A stretch of 64,000 nucleotides of DNA from Eledone cirrhosa (GCA_964016885.1 OZ024740.1:73780001-73844000); one strand, 5' to 3'. Counted from the stretch's first letter, positions 36,118 to 49,431 are shown. Numbers and translations: made by a program. Notes: generated by a model not told the origin, from the letters alone.

Positions 36118-36860
36118 ATGGCAGCGAAACTGAGATTGAATAGCGAGACGATCAAGGCTTTTAACGGCAAGGAGATGTGGCCTGGTTGAGAAAGGTCACA
36201 TTGGTCACCTCGCTGCAAGGCATTGACAACGTTGCTGCTTTGGTCGCTCTATATCTCGACGGAGATGCTCTAGCATGGTATCTCGAGATGGACGAGAGCG
36301 ACCAACTGAGAGAGGATAGGGCAGCGACTTAAGGAAGCGTTCACCGAGGGGCCGTACGCTGCTTTTGCCAAGCTAGGCAGAGCGAGATGGCAGGGAGAGA
36401 AAGTGGACGTGTTCGCGACAGAGTTACGACGGTTGGCTACGTTGGCCGGATTCGCGGCAGAACGCGAATGCGCCGTGCGGTTGGCTTTTATGAACGGATT
36501 CCCCGACGAAATCTTCGTGAAGCTCCAACAGCTGCCCGGGAGATGAGCATGAGCGAGCTCATCGCACAGGCCCGCGTAATAACACAGGGCATGAGGTGGA
36601 GTGTTGCAGCGACGGAAGCCCATGGCTGTCGACAGCGACCGACGTATGACGAAAGGAGACCAGCCGCTGTGAATAGTCGTCCGCGTGCGTTCGGAGGCCG
36701 GTGTTTCAGGTGCCAGGGCCGGCACATGGCAAGGGACTGCAGAGAGCCGAAGCCAGCTATAGTCTGCTATCACTGCAACCGACCAGGCCACATCGCAAAT
36801 AATTGCGACCAGGGAAATGCTCTAAGGGGGGATACTGCGCAGGTAGCCACCCCTGAGGCG
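36118..36860 (+). pseudogene. gag: Gypsy gag (frameshifted), two zinc knuckles
   Basis: ATG at 36118. Knuckles CFRCQGRHMARDC and CYHCNRPGHIANNC. Confidence 0.8.
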
Positions 36861-36873
36861 AGTAGAGGCGCCT

Positions 36874-39582
36874 TTGCAGTCGCTGCCTATAGTGGAAGTT
36901 TTGGTGGAAAGGAAGCCATCACGAGCACTCGTGGACACGGGTTGCACGACAACACTAGTGACAACGGAGGTGGTTAAAAAGTGGAGCGGGATGAGCAGTA
37001 TAAGGGCAGTCGACGGCAGGGAGATTAGATGCAGAGGTAGCAGTGAGGTGTCGATGGTGGTACGGGGAAGAAAAATTAGGCTTCGGACGATCGTGATTAA
37101 CCAGGTGGTGGACGGAATCGATGTAGTAATTGGCATGGACACGATTGGCTGCCTTGGAGGTGTTACAGTGACTGAAGTCGGGAGCGAGAGGACATCATGT
37201 GTTGTGAGAATCCACGAAGAACAGGGCGATCCACGAAGAAAACACCATACAGGACAAGGATTTCAGGGCGGTGTTCGATGGGCAGCGGTGAGTAGTTGAG
37301 TGGTACTGGAAGGGAGATCCACCAACGCTGAAGAACAGAGTGGGCTGCTATCAGCATACCGTGAAAGGAAATGCCAGAAGCGAGTTTGAGGGAGAAGTAC
37401 AGAGATGGGTCGAGGAGAGTATACTGATTCCTTGGAAGGAGGAGGTGAAGTGTGAAGTGTTGCCCCTGATAGCAGTGGTGCAGCCCACGAAGAACAAGGT
37501 TAGGCCGGTGCTGGACTTTCGTGAGATGAACGAACACGTGTCATGCTACACAGGCGATGAGGTCACGGATGTTTGCGGGGAAACTTTGCGAGAGTGGAGA
37601 CGAATGACGGGGGCCTCCACGATTGTCGACTTAAAGTCGGCATATCTGCAGTTACACGTAGATGAGAAGCTGTGGTCAGGTATAAGGGCCAGACATACTG
37701 CCTGACCAGGCTTGGCTTCGGGTTGAACTCTGCGCCAAAAATCATGGCGACGGTCCTCTAGGGGAAAGCGGGCAAGGTGAAAAGGGCCACCAACTCCTAC
37801 ATCGACGACATCTTGGTGGACGAGACGGTGGTGTCAGCAGCAGAAGTCTCAGGCCACTTGGGAAGGTTCGGGCTGACCGCGAAACCGCCGGAGGCGATGG
37901 AAGGAGGAGCCGCGCAAGGACTCAGGTTGCAAAGGGATAAGACGGGCACACTCGTGTTTCGGAGGGATAACGAAGTCCCGGAACTGGGCCTCGGTATGAA
38001 TAGACGGAAACTCTTCTCAATGTGTGGTAAATTGGTGGGCCACTATCCGATCGCAGGGTGGCTCCGGACAGCATGCAGCTATGTCAAGAGACGAGCAGAC
38101 GGAGTGAGCTGGACTGACAGGGTTGGAGAGAGGACAGTGGCCATGATGCAGGAAATCGTGGAGAGGGTAAAGGCGGATGACCCAGTGAAAGGTCGCTGGT
38201 AGGTCCCCAAATCGGAGAGCGGGACCGTATGGTGTGAAGCCAGCAGCATAGCACTAGGGGTCACTCTGGAGATTAGGGGCGTCGAGGTCGAGGACGCAGC
38301 CTGGCTCAGGAAGAAGGAGGACTACAACCACATCAACGTGGCCGAACTGGATGCTGTGCTGAGAGGGGTGAATCTCGCCCTGAGATGGGGGTGGCGCATC
38401 ATAGAAATCCGCACTAACACAGCCACTGTACTCGGATGGGTGAGATCAGTTCTTACTAGTGAGAGCAGAAATGTTGATAAAGCGCCACCTGGGAACTTTG
38501 GGAGAGCTTCCACTGAGTTCGGCCTGGAGTTGAGTGTGGTTTTTGTGCCCTCAGAGAAAAACAGGGCAGACGTATTAACCAGGGTGAAGAAAGCCTGGCT
38601 GGAAACGCCAGGGGACGCAGAGAAGGGGATAGTGGCAGTGTGTCGGCTGAGTGATTCGGAGTTTAGGGGACTGAACGCCATGCACCACATGGGGGTGGAT
38701 AGGACCCTGTTCCTAACCAGAAGAATCCACTCTGATGTTAGCAGACAGAGTGTCCAGAGAGTGGTCGGAGGTTGCGACAGATGCCAGTATATCGACCCTT
38801 CCCCAGGTGTGCACGAGACAGGAAGCATCCAGGTGGAGCACAACTGGAAGCGATTAGCGGTGGACGTGGCGCACAACCGACAAGGAACGTATCTTTCGAT
38901 GGTCGATTGTGGGCCGGGGTGGATGGCGATATGGAGGGAAATGAAGACAGGGACTGCGGAGGAAATCGTGTGGACGCTGAGAGAGATATTCTTGGAGCGG
39001 GGCCCTGTGGATGAACTGCTAATGGACAACAGCACAGCGTTTTGCTCAGAGGCGCTGAGGGAAATTCTTGACAAGTGGAAGGTGAACCGCTTCTTCGGAC
39101 TGGCATACAGGCCGAGCGGAAATGGGATCGTGGAGAGACACCATCGCACGATCAAGGCTATGGTGGAAAGGGGGAACGTTTCGCTAACGAAGGCAGTGTT
39201 CTGGTACAACATGTCTCCACAGGTGGGACAGGCCGAGGAGTTGGTGCCGCACAGGGCAATATACAGATATGAATGGAGACACCCGTGCACGGTACCACAG
39301 CAGCCGGTGGAGAGAAAGAGCGCATTCGTACGAGTGGGCGAAGAGGTATGGGTCAAGCCCCAGAACGAACGTTGCACATCTCAATGGGAAAAGGGAATGG
39401 TAACCGCCGTAAATTCCCAAAACAATGTGTCTGTGGACGGAATGCCACGTAGAGTCGTTGTGATGATGGACTCCGAGGAAGAGGAAAATGAAAGTGCCGC
39501 CCCAACAGTGCGGAGATCGCAACGGAGCCGCCGCCAACCTAGGTGGATGGCGAATTTTGAGATGGAGCAGTGTGACGGCTGA
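36874..39582 (+). pseudogene. pol: Gypsy pol (protease, RT, RNase H, integrase), broken
   Basis: ALVDTGC protease; KVRPVLDFREMN, VDLKSAYLQL and YIDD for RT; HINVAELDA for RNase H; HHMG..CDRC, LLMDN and PSGNGIVERHHRTIK for integrase. Confidence 0.9.
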
Positions 39583-41129
39583 GATTGATCCTTGAGACCA
39601 GGGGGGGGCGTGTGGGGCTGCCGCGAGATAAAGGGGTGTAGAGCTGCCGTGGGAGGGGTGATTGCCGGAAGTTGGGGGATGCCTAACCGGAAGCAGGGAG
39701 ACGGGGGCGACTTGAGGGACCAGGCGGTCAACAGAGGCCTTTTAGCTATACGCCCTGCAAGGTGACGGACGTGCGAAGACAGAAGCGAGAGGAAAGTACC
39801 CCCACGTGGACCAGAGACACGCAATAAAGAAGCCTGCAGAAAACGAGTGGGAACGGATGGCAATAATTGAAGTTGCAATATTCGTGTCTTAGGAAGTTGT
39901 AATATTCGTGTCTTGTCTTTTGTCGGTGTGCAATGACCGCAAATAAAAGGATATGGTTGTTCTTTTTGAGAGAGTTAAGGCGTGGTAAATGTTTAACTGG
40001 TTCACACAATCGTATCACTAATCAAACTTTTGTAAAAATAAAATAAAATAAAATAAGAATAAAACGAGCTGCGTCCCACTAATAGTTAATATATTTATTG
40101 AAAGTGTCACGTTTATAAGAAAAGGAAATTTAGACATGTTCTCCGCCTCCAGCTTAATCGCTTCGACCACAAACTCCGGTACTGTAGCCCGAACCGCAGA
40201 GGACAGAAACACAAACAAATACCGGGGATTGTCTCGTCGCTTCCTCTTCGCACCGGCTGATGTCGTGACCTCAGGCGTCCTCGGATCCCGTACTGCCGAG
40301 TTTCCCGTAAAATCGGATCATCAACAACCTGTCTGAGGAAAGAACTCCGCGAGGTAGAGGGGGCTGTTGCAGCGAGTGTTGCTGACCATTGCCCGCGGAA
40401 ATGCCTTTGCAGCTTTGTCCGCAGGGCGCAGCCCAAATGCCGCCCGTCCCAAGCATAGAGCCAATGACCCTCTCCCCTTCCCCTCCCTTTCTTCCGTGGC
40501 CTCATAATCATTGCTTTTTACCTCCTTTTCCGTCTTATTGATGGCACCTATAGCCGTTTCTCCTACTTTCCTATACAGTCAAATCTGCCCTTCCCCCTCT
40601 GTTCGATGCTTGATTTTGTTTTTATCCCACTTTTTCTTATTCTTTCTTTCGCGTTTTCTTTCATATTTCCATCAATATTTGTAATGTTATTTATACAACT
40701 GTAATTTTATTTTATAACATGGAATAAAATTGATCCGTGTTTTTATATTAAAAAACATGTTTTTTAAACAATAAAAGAAAATCAAGATAGTAAAATTACT
40801 TTCCGTGGAGTTGCTTCACCAACCAGAAATGGCAACTAAAGAAGGATACATTGGATAATGTAGTCTATGATATACAAAATTACCTTATTTTTAAGCATAA
40901 AGCGCAGCAAAGCTACACATTTTGGTTGAGGTGGAGATGTAGACGAAATAATTATCCAAAAATATTTGACCGGTATTTTATTATATCTATCGGATAGGGG
41001 GAGTAAATTATTTATTTTTATAATTGTTATTTCTTTTGTCACGTAGTGTAGATGGAAATACACCGGAGTATTTGGTCATCTGTCAAGTCACAACAAGGAC
41101 ATCGGACGGATAGTATTTTCCTTAAAATG

Positions 41130-42650
41130 TGCGCAGTGCCTAGCAAGACTGATTTTTGTATGACACCAATCTTACATAGTATTCCCAAGTTTTGGAGCTT
41201 CAATTAGATTACCCCAATGCCCCGATCACAACCGGTATCATTGTCACATTACTTTCTCGCATTTGAAACAGTTTTGCCATCTCCACTTTCGATTCGGAGT
41301 ACTTGTTGATTTTTTTCAATCTCTTTACTTACAATATTCATGTCATTTGGTATGGCTACATCAATGATCTGAAAGTATTTACCTTCCTTGTTCAATACGA
41401 CAATATCCGGTCGGCGATGCTCAATTACTCTATCAGTCAGAAAATCATATTTCCAGAATATCATTGCTATCCCATCCTCCTGCATTACTTTACAATTCTC
41501 TATTTTTTTTTTGTATTGGTATTTACGACATAACAGCCAATGAGGGTACAGACAGACTCTATCATGGCTGCGCTTATATTCTTTTCGCGCAAGACTCTGA
41601 AATCCACTTACCAAGTGGTTACATGTGTCACATTCTTTCCACAGAGTCTGCATTTCAGTGCGTCATAAGTTTTGTAGATGTTATGCTTCACCGAATTACG
41701 GGTAGCAAGAGCTTGGTCTTGAGCTGCACTTATGAGGCTTTCAGTGGTACGCTTTAAATCACTTTGCTTCAGCCATGTCCATTATGTTTTATCCTTGTCA
41801 TAGGATATCAAGTTCTTTCAAACTGCCTATACATTCTCATTAGATCTTCTTTTCTCTTCTCTTCAACTCTTTGTTTCAACTCTTCCTTACCAACCATTTC
41901 ATCTGCATTTATACCCATATCTTCTGTTGCATATGGCAACATATCTTCGTCACTGTTTACCAAATATTCTGCAATCGTTCCTCTTTCACTCCTTACACAA
42001 TAAAGCACACTCTTGGGACCTCTACCACCATTCCTTCTCTTCATGTACAATCTGTGTATATTTGTTTTACAGTGAAAAGCTCTGTACAATGTCATTAACT
42101 TTCTCGTGTTTCTATCCTTTTCTTTCATTTCTGCATGTAAAATGTCATCCAGTTTCTAAACCCCCCAATACGCGAATCCACGATCTACCGGTTCCCTTAT
42201 GGTTTCTCCCGATGGCAACCTTAATCCTCTATAGGTTGATCTTTTCTCTTTTCATATTGAGCACATATCATTTGGAGGTCCCAAATTCCATACCGATATC
42301 ACTGCTACATATCTGGATTGTTTAAACCAAAAAAATCTATCTGGTTTTCATACTTCCCAAACAGTTTCAAGTCATCCATAAACAGAAGATGGTTCATGAA
42401 TGGTCCTTTCTTAACCTATTTTATCTTTCCCAAGTATCAGTGTTATAGGCATATGGGCAATGATAAATAGTAATGGTGAAAATGAGTCATCCCTTTTAGT
42501 TTCTACTTCTCCAAGGAATACATTGCACGAAAACAACTTGGTCTTCCACTCTAGCCGACTATTCAGAAGAAAATTTGTGATGTTGTCAGCAATACCAAAC
42601 ATCTGCAGGCATTCAAAAATCCTAGAATGAGGCACCATATCATATGCTTT
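41130..42650 (-). mobile_element. R4/Dong-clade non-LTR retrotransposon fragment (RT + CCHC + RLE)
   Basis: KAYDMVPHS, DSFSPLLF, RLYMKRRNGGRG, HLVSG..LA..EYKRSHDRV and RRPDIVV...IIDVAIPND. Degraded. Confidence 0.85.
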
Positions 42651-42651
42651 C

Positions 42652-43215
42652 TGTGGATCTGCGAGCCACACCAATGTCGTTGCGGATCCACCGCGGACTC
42701 TTTCGGCCTCCACCCGCTTTCCTGTCGCCACAGTGCCGACCGCCATCCACACCATACTGCCCTCAACGAGGTCATAAAGCTTGGCTTGGACGCTGCAGGC
42801 TTCCCTTCTCAGCTCGAGCCGGTGGGGCTGGACCGAGGAGACGGCAAAAGGCCAGATGGCATGACCATCTCCCCGTTCCGCGGTGGCAAACCCCTCGTCT
42901 GGGATGCTACTTGCACCGACACTTTCTGCAGCTGCAACCTGGTGCAGTCTGCGACTAACCCAGGTTCTGCTGGCTGAGGAGGCCAAACTCCTCAAATACC
43001 GGTCGCTCTCCGACAGGTTTGCGGTTGTGCCCTTGGCAGTAGAGACTTCTGGTGTCCTCGGCCCGAGGGCTACCTCCCTTCTCACCACCATAGGTGCTGA
43101 GATGGCCAGCAGCAGGTGTGAGCCCTGCGAGTTGGAGTGGCTTGCTGGGGCTGTGTGTGTGTGTGGGGGGGGGGGGGGCATCACGTATCGTTCCACTGAA
43201 TCAAGTTTTTAAAAT
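42652..43215 (+). mobile_element. CRE-like non-LTR 3' fragment (zinc finger + RLE)
   Basis: CRCG..ADSFGLHPLSC..RH..LN..EPVGLDRGDGKRPDG..LVWDATCTDT, then KYRSL..PLAVETSGVLGP. Confidence 0.8.
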
Positions 43216-43354
43216 TTACTGTTTACATTAACCCTTTTCCTATCTCAATATTGGAGTAAGATAAACAACTACCGATGGATCTTTCAATTTATAAACTTAT
43301 AGCTTTCAGTCTTAATAAATCTGTAGGTCTGCATTCTTTAAATTTAAACAAATG

Positions 43355-44345
43355 TATTGGGGAGGGGACAGCACTTCCCTCTCCACTCCCACCTTCCTTC
43401 CCAATTAAAACTTAAAAACGTTGATGAGGGCTTGGCTGAAGAGAAAAGTGTCTGTCTTCAGTCTTTTCAGTCGTATCCACCTCACAGTCTCTTTCGTTAC
43501 AGCCACCAGGCAGAGGAAAACTGCTTGCCCTTCCCGGCGAAAAGAAGTCGGCGAGGCGATCTTCCCGATGGAGTTGGTCCATAGCCGGATCTGTCCTACA
43601 CATGACAATAGTTGTTCGATAAAACTCCACAAGTCAGCAATACCCGGAAACTGCAGAACAGTTTCGTCGCTCTGCGCGCATCTCGGACAGGTCCGTCTGA
43701 CTGGACTTCCTTGCCTGTAGAGTTTGTCTCGAACCGGCAGTGCTTCCCGGTAGCACTCCAAAGTCAGAGATTTCTGGAAATTGTTCATAGAGCCCATACT
43801 GAAAGTTCTCCGGAACTGTCTGGCCAGTTCGTTCTCATCGACGACTATAGTCTCTCCCTCCAAAACGTCCACCACTAGTCCTCTATAGAACACTAGAGTG
43901 GTTATAGCGAGTGTGTTGTGTTCCAGATGCCAGATGCCTAGTCTAGGACTTCGATTGACCCACGACTGTCGTTTAGTGAAAGAGACGAGCTGCGGAGAGA
44001 CGTACCTAACAAAGGGCAACCACATCTGTTCACCGTTTTAGAATATCTTGGGATGACGTAGCCTCATTGCATGTTTGTGCATCACGAACCACGGCATGCC
44101 CAATCCCCGCGTAAAAGGTGTTGGCAGCTGATGAACCGCCTCAGTAATGGAACCTGTTCGTTCCTTAAGAAGTCAAAGAGCAGACGCTCCAATCTAGTGA
44201 GATGCGGGTCGGGGCAAGGCATGACGGTCAGGCCATAGATGACGGATGCAATGTATGCGTTCACCACGTCCGTCGTACCTTTCATGGATAGCTTCCTCTC
44301 GGCTCATAAATGTGACTAGCTCGTTACTTCGTCCCAGTCCTTGTT
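43355..44345 (-). mobile_element. L1/Tx1 LINE ORF2 3' fragment
   Basis: NFQKSL..CYREALPVRDKLYRQG..CPRC..DETV, homologous to 58838-59986. Confidence 0.85.
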
Positions 44346-44493
44346 CACGTTTTTTTTTAATCCCTAAGATTTTAAAATATGTTCTCGCTCTGGTCATATA
44401 TTTTGCTGAGTTGTTTTTGTGAGATTCCTAGCAGTGGTTAATTGTATTTGTTATATGTGTTTATATTTGTGTTTATCAACGACATTATATTTG

Positions 44494-44660
44494 CAGTATC
44501 GGTAGAGGGTCGGACGCCATGCTTTGACGCATAGAGTTACGGCCCTTGCCATTCTGAGTTCAAATCCCGCCGAGGTTAACTTTGCCTTTCATCCTTACGG
44601 GGTCGATAAAATGAAGTACCAGTAATGGGTGGACTTGTGCTAAAAGTAGAAACAATTATA
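44494..44660 (+). mobile_element. tRNA-derived SINE
   Basis: Family consensus. TSD ATTATATTTG at 44484-44493 and 44655-44664. Confidence 0.9.
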
Positions 44661-44717
44661 TTTGTAATGTTATTTATGTTTATTAAACTAAAGGGGAAAG
44701 GTACAGTATAAATGACA

Positions 44718-44820
44718 ATAAGCAAAAGAAAAAGAAAGAAGGAAAAGAAGAAAAAGAAATTAAGCAACGAAAGAAAGGAAAAGAAGAAAAAGAAATTAAG
44801 CAACGAAAGAAAGGAAAAGA
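44718..44820. repeat. ~36-bp purine-rich tandem repeat, about 3 copies
   Basis: Unit TAAGCAACGAAAGAAAGGAAAAGAAGAAAAAGAAAT. Confidence 0.8.
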
Positions 44821-45258
44821 GGGAAGGGGCGACAGAATCCTAACCCAACAAAAGATTTTACAATTTGCTATAAGAAAATTATCAGACAAAAGAAAAAAAA
44901 AGAAACGAAAGCGAATACAGCGGATGAAAATATGTAGTTTTTTAAATTTTTTTATTTCTTTTCCTTTCTCCTATTTTGCCTATTCCCAGCGACTCCGAAT
45001 AGGGTTAAGGTATCTTGATGATGATGATTTTGCTTATCACCCACTTTTATTTTGGTTTAACAGATTTTGTTTTTAAAAAAGCAAATGACTCTGTATAACT
45101 CATTTTTATTAACTAAAGAGCAACAGCAGCAGCAAAAACAACAAATAAACATAGATAGGTGATAATAGGTAGTAGTAGTATGAAGAGGAAGAGAGAACTG
45201 TCCGGTTGTATGTTATTGATTTTTATTTTTAAACCTTCGTATCTTTGTTTAAACGAGA

Positions 45259-45394
<136 letters not shown>

Positions 45395-45709
45395 AGACGG
45401 AGAGAGAAAATGGCGGCGGTGATGGAGTTGTTCTTGTTGTTGGTGATGGTGGTGGTGGATGTGACCGAGGTGGTCGGAATGACTGTTGGTAATAGAGGTT
45501 GAGTAACAGTGGTGGTGTGGGAGTGATTGTGATAGAAGTTGTGGTGGGATGAGTAATAGTTATAGTAGTGGTAGAGGAAAAGATTGTGATGGTTGCGGCG
45601 GCGGCGGCAGTGGATAGAATGACAGGTGATGGTGGTGGTACTGTCATAGTAGTAGGTGGTTATAGCGAGTGTGTTGGTGTTAAACGGCGATGATGAGGTG
45701 TCTAATAAT

Positions 45710-45888
45710 TGTTTCTACTTTTGGCATAGGCCAGCAATTACTCAGTGTATTACTGGTGCTTTATTTTATCGACCCCGTAAGGATGAAAGGCAAAGTTAAC
45801 CTCGGCGGGATTTGAACTCAGAATGGCAAGGGCAGTAACTCTATGCGTCAAAGCATGGCGTCCGACTCTCTACCGATACTGCCAATCC
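45710..45888 (-). mobile_element. Full-length tRNA-derived SINE
   Basis: Reverse complement of the family consensus. TSD GTCTAATAAT at 45700-45709 and 45889-45898. Confidence 0.9.
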
Positions 45889-45898
45889 GTCTAATAAT

Positions 45899-48003
45899 GG
45901 TTTCATTTATTGGCCACAAGAGCTGACATATAGGAGACAATACTTTAGCAGAAAAATCTTTAAAATAAGATTTTTGGCTGTGAGATTATTTAGCTGATAT
46001 ACTTTAGCAGAGAGATATTTGGTTGAGTAGATTGTTGGTTGCGGAAAGGATCCTTAAAGAATATTAGGTTATAAGGCTGTGTGTTAATGTTTTTTAGTCC
46101 ACGTGGAAGGATCAGACCAGAAAGCACAGCGAGGAAATATAACAAAGGTTTATTTTTCTCTGTAAATTATTATGAGTACTAAAAGAGTAAAAAGTTGCTG
46201 GTGTAGCGACGTGGTTAGTCAGTCTAGTCACTACTTCTGATCAGATCCGAGAATAGCCCTTAGAAGAACTGTTATCGCATACGGTCTGATCAGATCTGAA
46301 GATAGCCCTTAAAAGGACTGTTGTCGCATATAGCCCTTAAAAGAACTGTTGAGGATGGACAGACGAAAGCACAAGTTGAAAGGACGAAGCAAGGCGAGAT
46401 GTAAATTCGATCAGCTATTTATTTTCACATGAAGCGACGATACGAGGTACAAGGCGTGTGAGTGACAAAGTGTGGCAGAGGCGAGGAACAAAGATGCGCT
46501 AGCTGACTCTGCCAAAAGTCGACTGGCGAAGTGTTAGGAACCACTCTATTTATACAGGAACAATCGTTTGATGTTTAGTCGATGTGTAGGCGTTTATTCT
46601 GGTAGGTTCTAAGGGTTCTTTTGTTTCACGTTGAAGTAGCTAGCTAACAGGTAGATGGCGCTGTATATTTCACAGATGTTATTTCCGGTGGCTGTACACT
46701 GGCATGCTGCATAAGTAAGTTGAACGAAAAAATGTGTTGGTGAATATGTAGGAAGGATGTTGTTGGGCCTTTGCCGAGAGGGCCAAAGTTTCTTTGTAAG
46801 TTCTACATCTTGCCACTTGCTCCAGGGAACGAATTTAGTGACGTCTTGTGTACACGAAAATGAAGCCGCAACTTTTAAGCAGAAGTCAAAAGAGGCGCGA
46901 ATTCCCTTGCTGGGCGGAAGTTACCGCTTGGTATTCCTACGCCGCAGACTTAAAGGCCTGGCGACTGACCAAACACGACCCAACCATTCCGCCGCGATAA
47001 GGTAGTGCCATTGCTTACTACAATACAATAGACGGGGACAGTGGGGGTTTTACACAAAAATCGAGTAAAAAAAAAGGAAAACTAACAATAAACAAGAAAA
47101 ATACAACAATGAAATCTCCCCAATAGGGGGGATAACCACTCAAGGTTGATTCAGATACGCCACCGATCCTAAACCACTCGACGCTTCGAGGGTACTCAGG
47201 AAGGGCACCCTTCTCCTCCTCAAATTCACCAGCCTACAGGCGCATGATCAGAGTAGGCCCACTCACACGGGCTATTCTCGCGATATTCACCCACCTTTCA
47301 CCAAATATACTGGGAGCAGCACTTCTCTCGCCACCCTCACCTTCCTTTCCAAGTGAAATTTGAAAAAGTTGATGAGGGATTGGCCGAAGAGAAAAGGGCC
47401 TGTCTTCAGTCCTTTCAACCACGTCCACCATACAATCTCTTTTGCTACTGCCACCAGACAGAGGAAAATTGCCTGTCCTTCCTGGCCAAAATAAGGCGAT
47501 GGGTCGAACTCAGTTTCACCGCTCTGCGTGCATCTCGGACAGGTCCGCCTGACAGCACTTCCGTGCCTGTAGAGTTTATCTCGAACCTGCAGAACCCCAT
47601 CGTCCCCGGCTCGAAAGTCCTCCGGAACAGACTAGTTAGTTCGACTTCGTCAACGCCCAGAGCTTCTCCGAGTGTGTCGTCGCACTTGCCCACCACTAAT
47701 CCTATATAGAACTCGAGAGTGGAAGTTCCACTGACCGCATTGCCCGCCTGGCAGAGGACAGTGAGTGCCTGGCAACATTCCAGATACCAGTCACCCAGTC
47801 TCGGTTTCTTCTTGACCCAAGACTGCAGCTCAGTCAAAGAGACAAGCTGGGGATAGGCACGTCTGACAAACGGCGACCACACCTGTTCACCGTTTAGGCA
47901 GAATATCTGGAGATGCCGCAGCCTCAGAGCATGTCTGCGCATCATTAGCCACGACATGCTCAGCCCTCCGCGTAGAGGGTGCTGGCAGCAGATGAACCGC
48001 CTG
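45899..48003 (-). mobile_element. L1/Tx1 LINE 3' fragment (interrupted by 45944-47022)
   Basis: MSWLMMRRHALRLRHLQ... is homologous to 59100-59986. The 3' end TGGCCAATAAAT resembles 60208-60220. Confidence 0.85.
45944..47022 (-). mobile_element. Probable solo LTR inserted in a Tx1 3' UTR
   Basis: Ends TTTAGCAG...TTACTACA with a 4-bp TSD ATAC. Minus-strand TATAAATAG (~46545-46553) lies upstream of AATAAA (~46149-46154). Internal ~50-bp tandem repeats at 46235-46350. Confidence 0.55.
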
Positions 48004-48069
48004 TCTCCTCCACAAGAATTTGAAGAGGAGCCATTCCAGCATGGCGAGGCGCGGACGTGGGATGGGGTA

Positions 48070-48165
48070 TAATAATTGTTTCTACTTTTGGCACAAGGCC
48101 AGCAGTTATCTCAGTGCATTACTGGTACATTATTTTATCGACCCCGTAAGGATGAAAGGCAAAGT
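48070..48165 (-). mobile_element. SINE 3' half
   Basis: Reverse complement of the family body and tail. Confidence 0.8.
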
Positions 48166-48451
48166 AATAATAGTAATTGGTGGTGAATGTTGCCGTTTAT
48201 TAGTGGTGGTGGTATAACTGAAGTCGTAGACTAAATTTCTAACTAGGAAACCGAATGATTCTCCGCTACAGAGTTAAGAATAAAGTAAATAAAATACACG
48301 CTCCACATATGACGTATTATATTCGTTTTTTCCGTTCATTGCCAGAGAACGTCTCTATGAACCACCTAAGAGAATATTAATCTACGACTTCTTTTATACC
48401 ATAAACGTGGTTCTGTCTTTGCGTGTAATTGTTTTTCACCGCTCCAAATAA

Positions 48452-48577
48452 ATGTTTCTACTTTAGGCACAAGGCCAGCAATTACCCAGTGCATTACTGG
48501 TACTTTATTTTATCGACCCCGTAAGGATGAAAGGCAAAGTCAACCTCAGCGGGATTTGAACTCAGATCGTAAAGGGA
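48452..48577 (-). mobile_element. 5'-truncated SINE
   Basis: TSD CGCTCCAAATAA at 48440-48451 and 48578-48589. Confidence 0.9.
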
Positions 48578-48920
48578 CGCTCCAAATAATGACGTATTAT
48601 ATTCGTTTTTTCCCGTTCTTTGCCAGGGAACGTTTACACGAACCAAAGTATCATCTTCCTGTCTTCTTCCGGTTGCAACGTTTTTTGAAATATTCACTTC
48701 TGCGTTTACAGATTGACTTTGTTAGTTTCAGAAGATCCCGTTAAGGGTGAAAGCAGCGATTCTTTGCTTAAACTTTAATCTGTTATTTTAATAAATATTT
48801 GCTCTACGGTTCTTATATATTTGATATATATTTATCCTTATCGAGCCCTCTTTGGATTTTAGTTTTCAAATTTATTATTATTACTATATATATATATATA
48901 TATATATCACATATATATAT

Positions 48921-49012
<92 letters not shown>

Positions 49013-49173
49013 ATAAGAAACGGAGAATCAGTGGTGCGACGAATAAGATTTATTAGACATATTACAATCGTTTCTCTGGCGACCAGCTCGAGGCACGATC
49101 GATGCAATGATCAAACATGATCTGAAATCGCAAGATCCTCAGAGTTTCCAAATGTCCAGTTACACCCGCTGCC

Positions 49174-49237
<64 letters not shown>

Positions 49238-49313
49238 CGAAGGAAATGTGGTAAGGAACCAAGTGGACCATAACGCACCAAAGTACTCAATACTTAGGGT
49301 AGTAGAGTGGATA

Positions 49314-49431
49314 ATAGGAACGAGTAGGACTCCGACGGCTGAGCTCAAGCCGTTTCGACGGCTAATTCTGGACTGAGTCCAGAATTAGCCGTCGAAACAG
49401 CTTGCGCTCAGCCGTCGGGGTCCTACTCGTT

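Larger units (their letters stand above)
35745..39941 (+). mobile_element. Decayed Gypsy/Ty3 LTR retrotransposon
   Basis: LTRs 35745-35960 and 39611-~39941 both start TGTGGGGCTGCCGCGAGATA. G-rich PPT at 39601-39610. Domain order gag, PR, RT, RNase H, integrase. Confidence 0.92.

Noticed and set aside
38322-39377. 351-aa antisense ORF over the integrase
   Set aside because: A shadow ORF of GC-rich pol sequence with no recognisable motifs.
42411-43196. 261-aa minus-strand ORF
   Set aside because: A chimera of antisense CRE-like sequence and an R4/Dong RT fragment at a TE junction.
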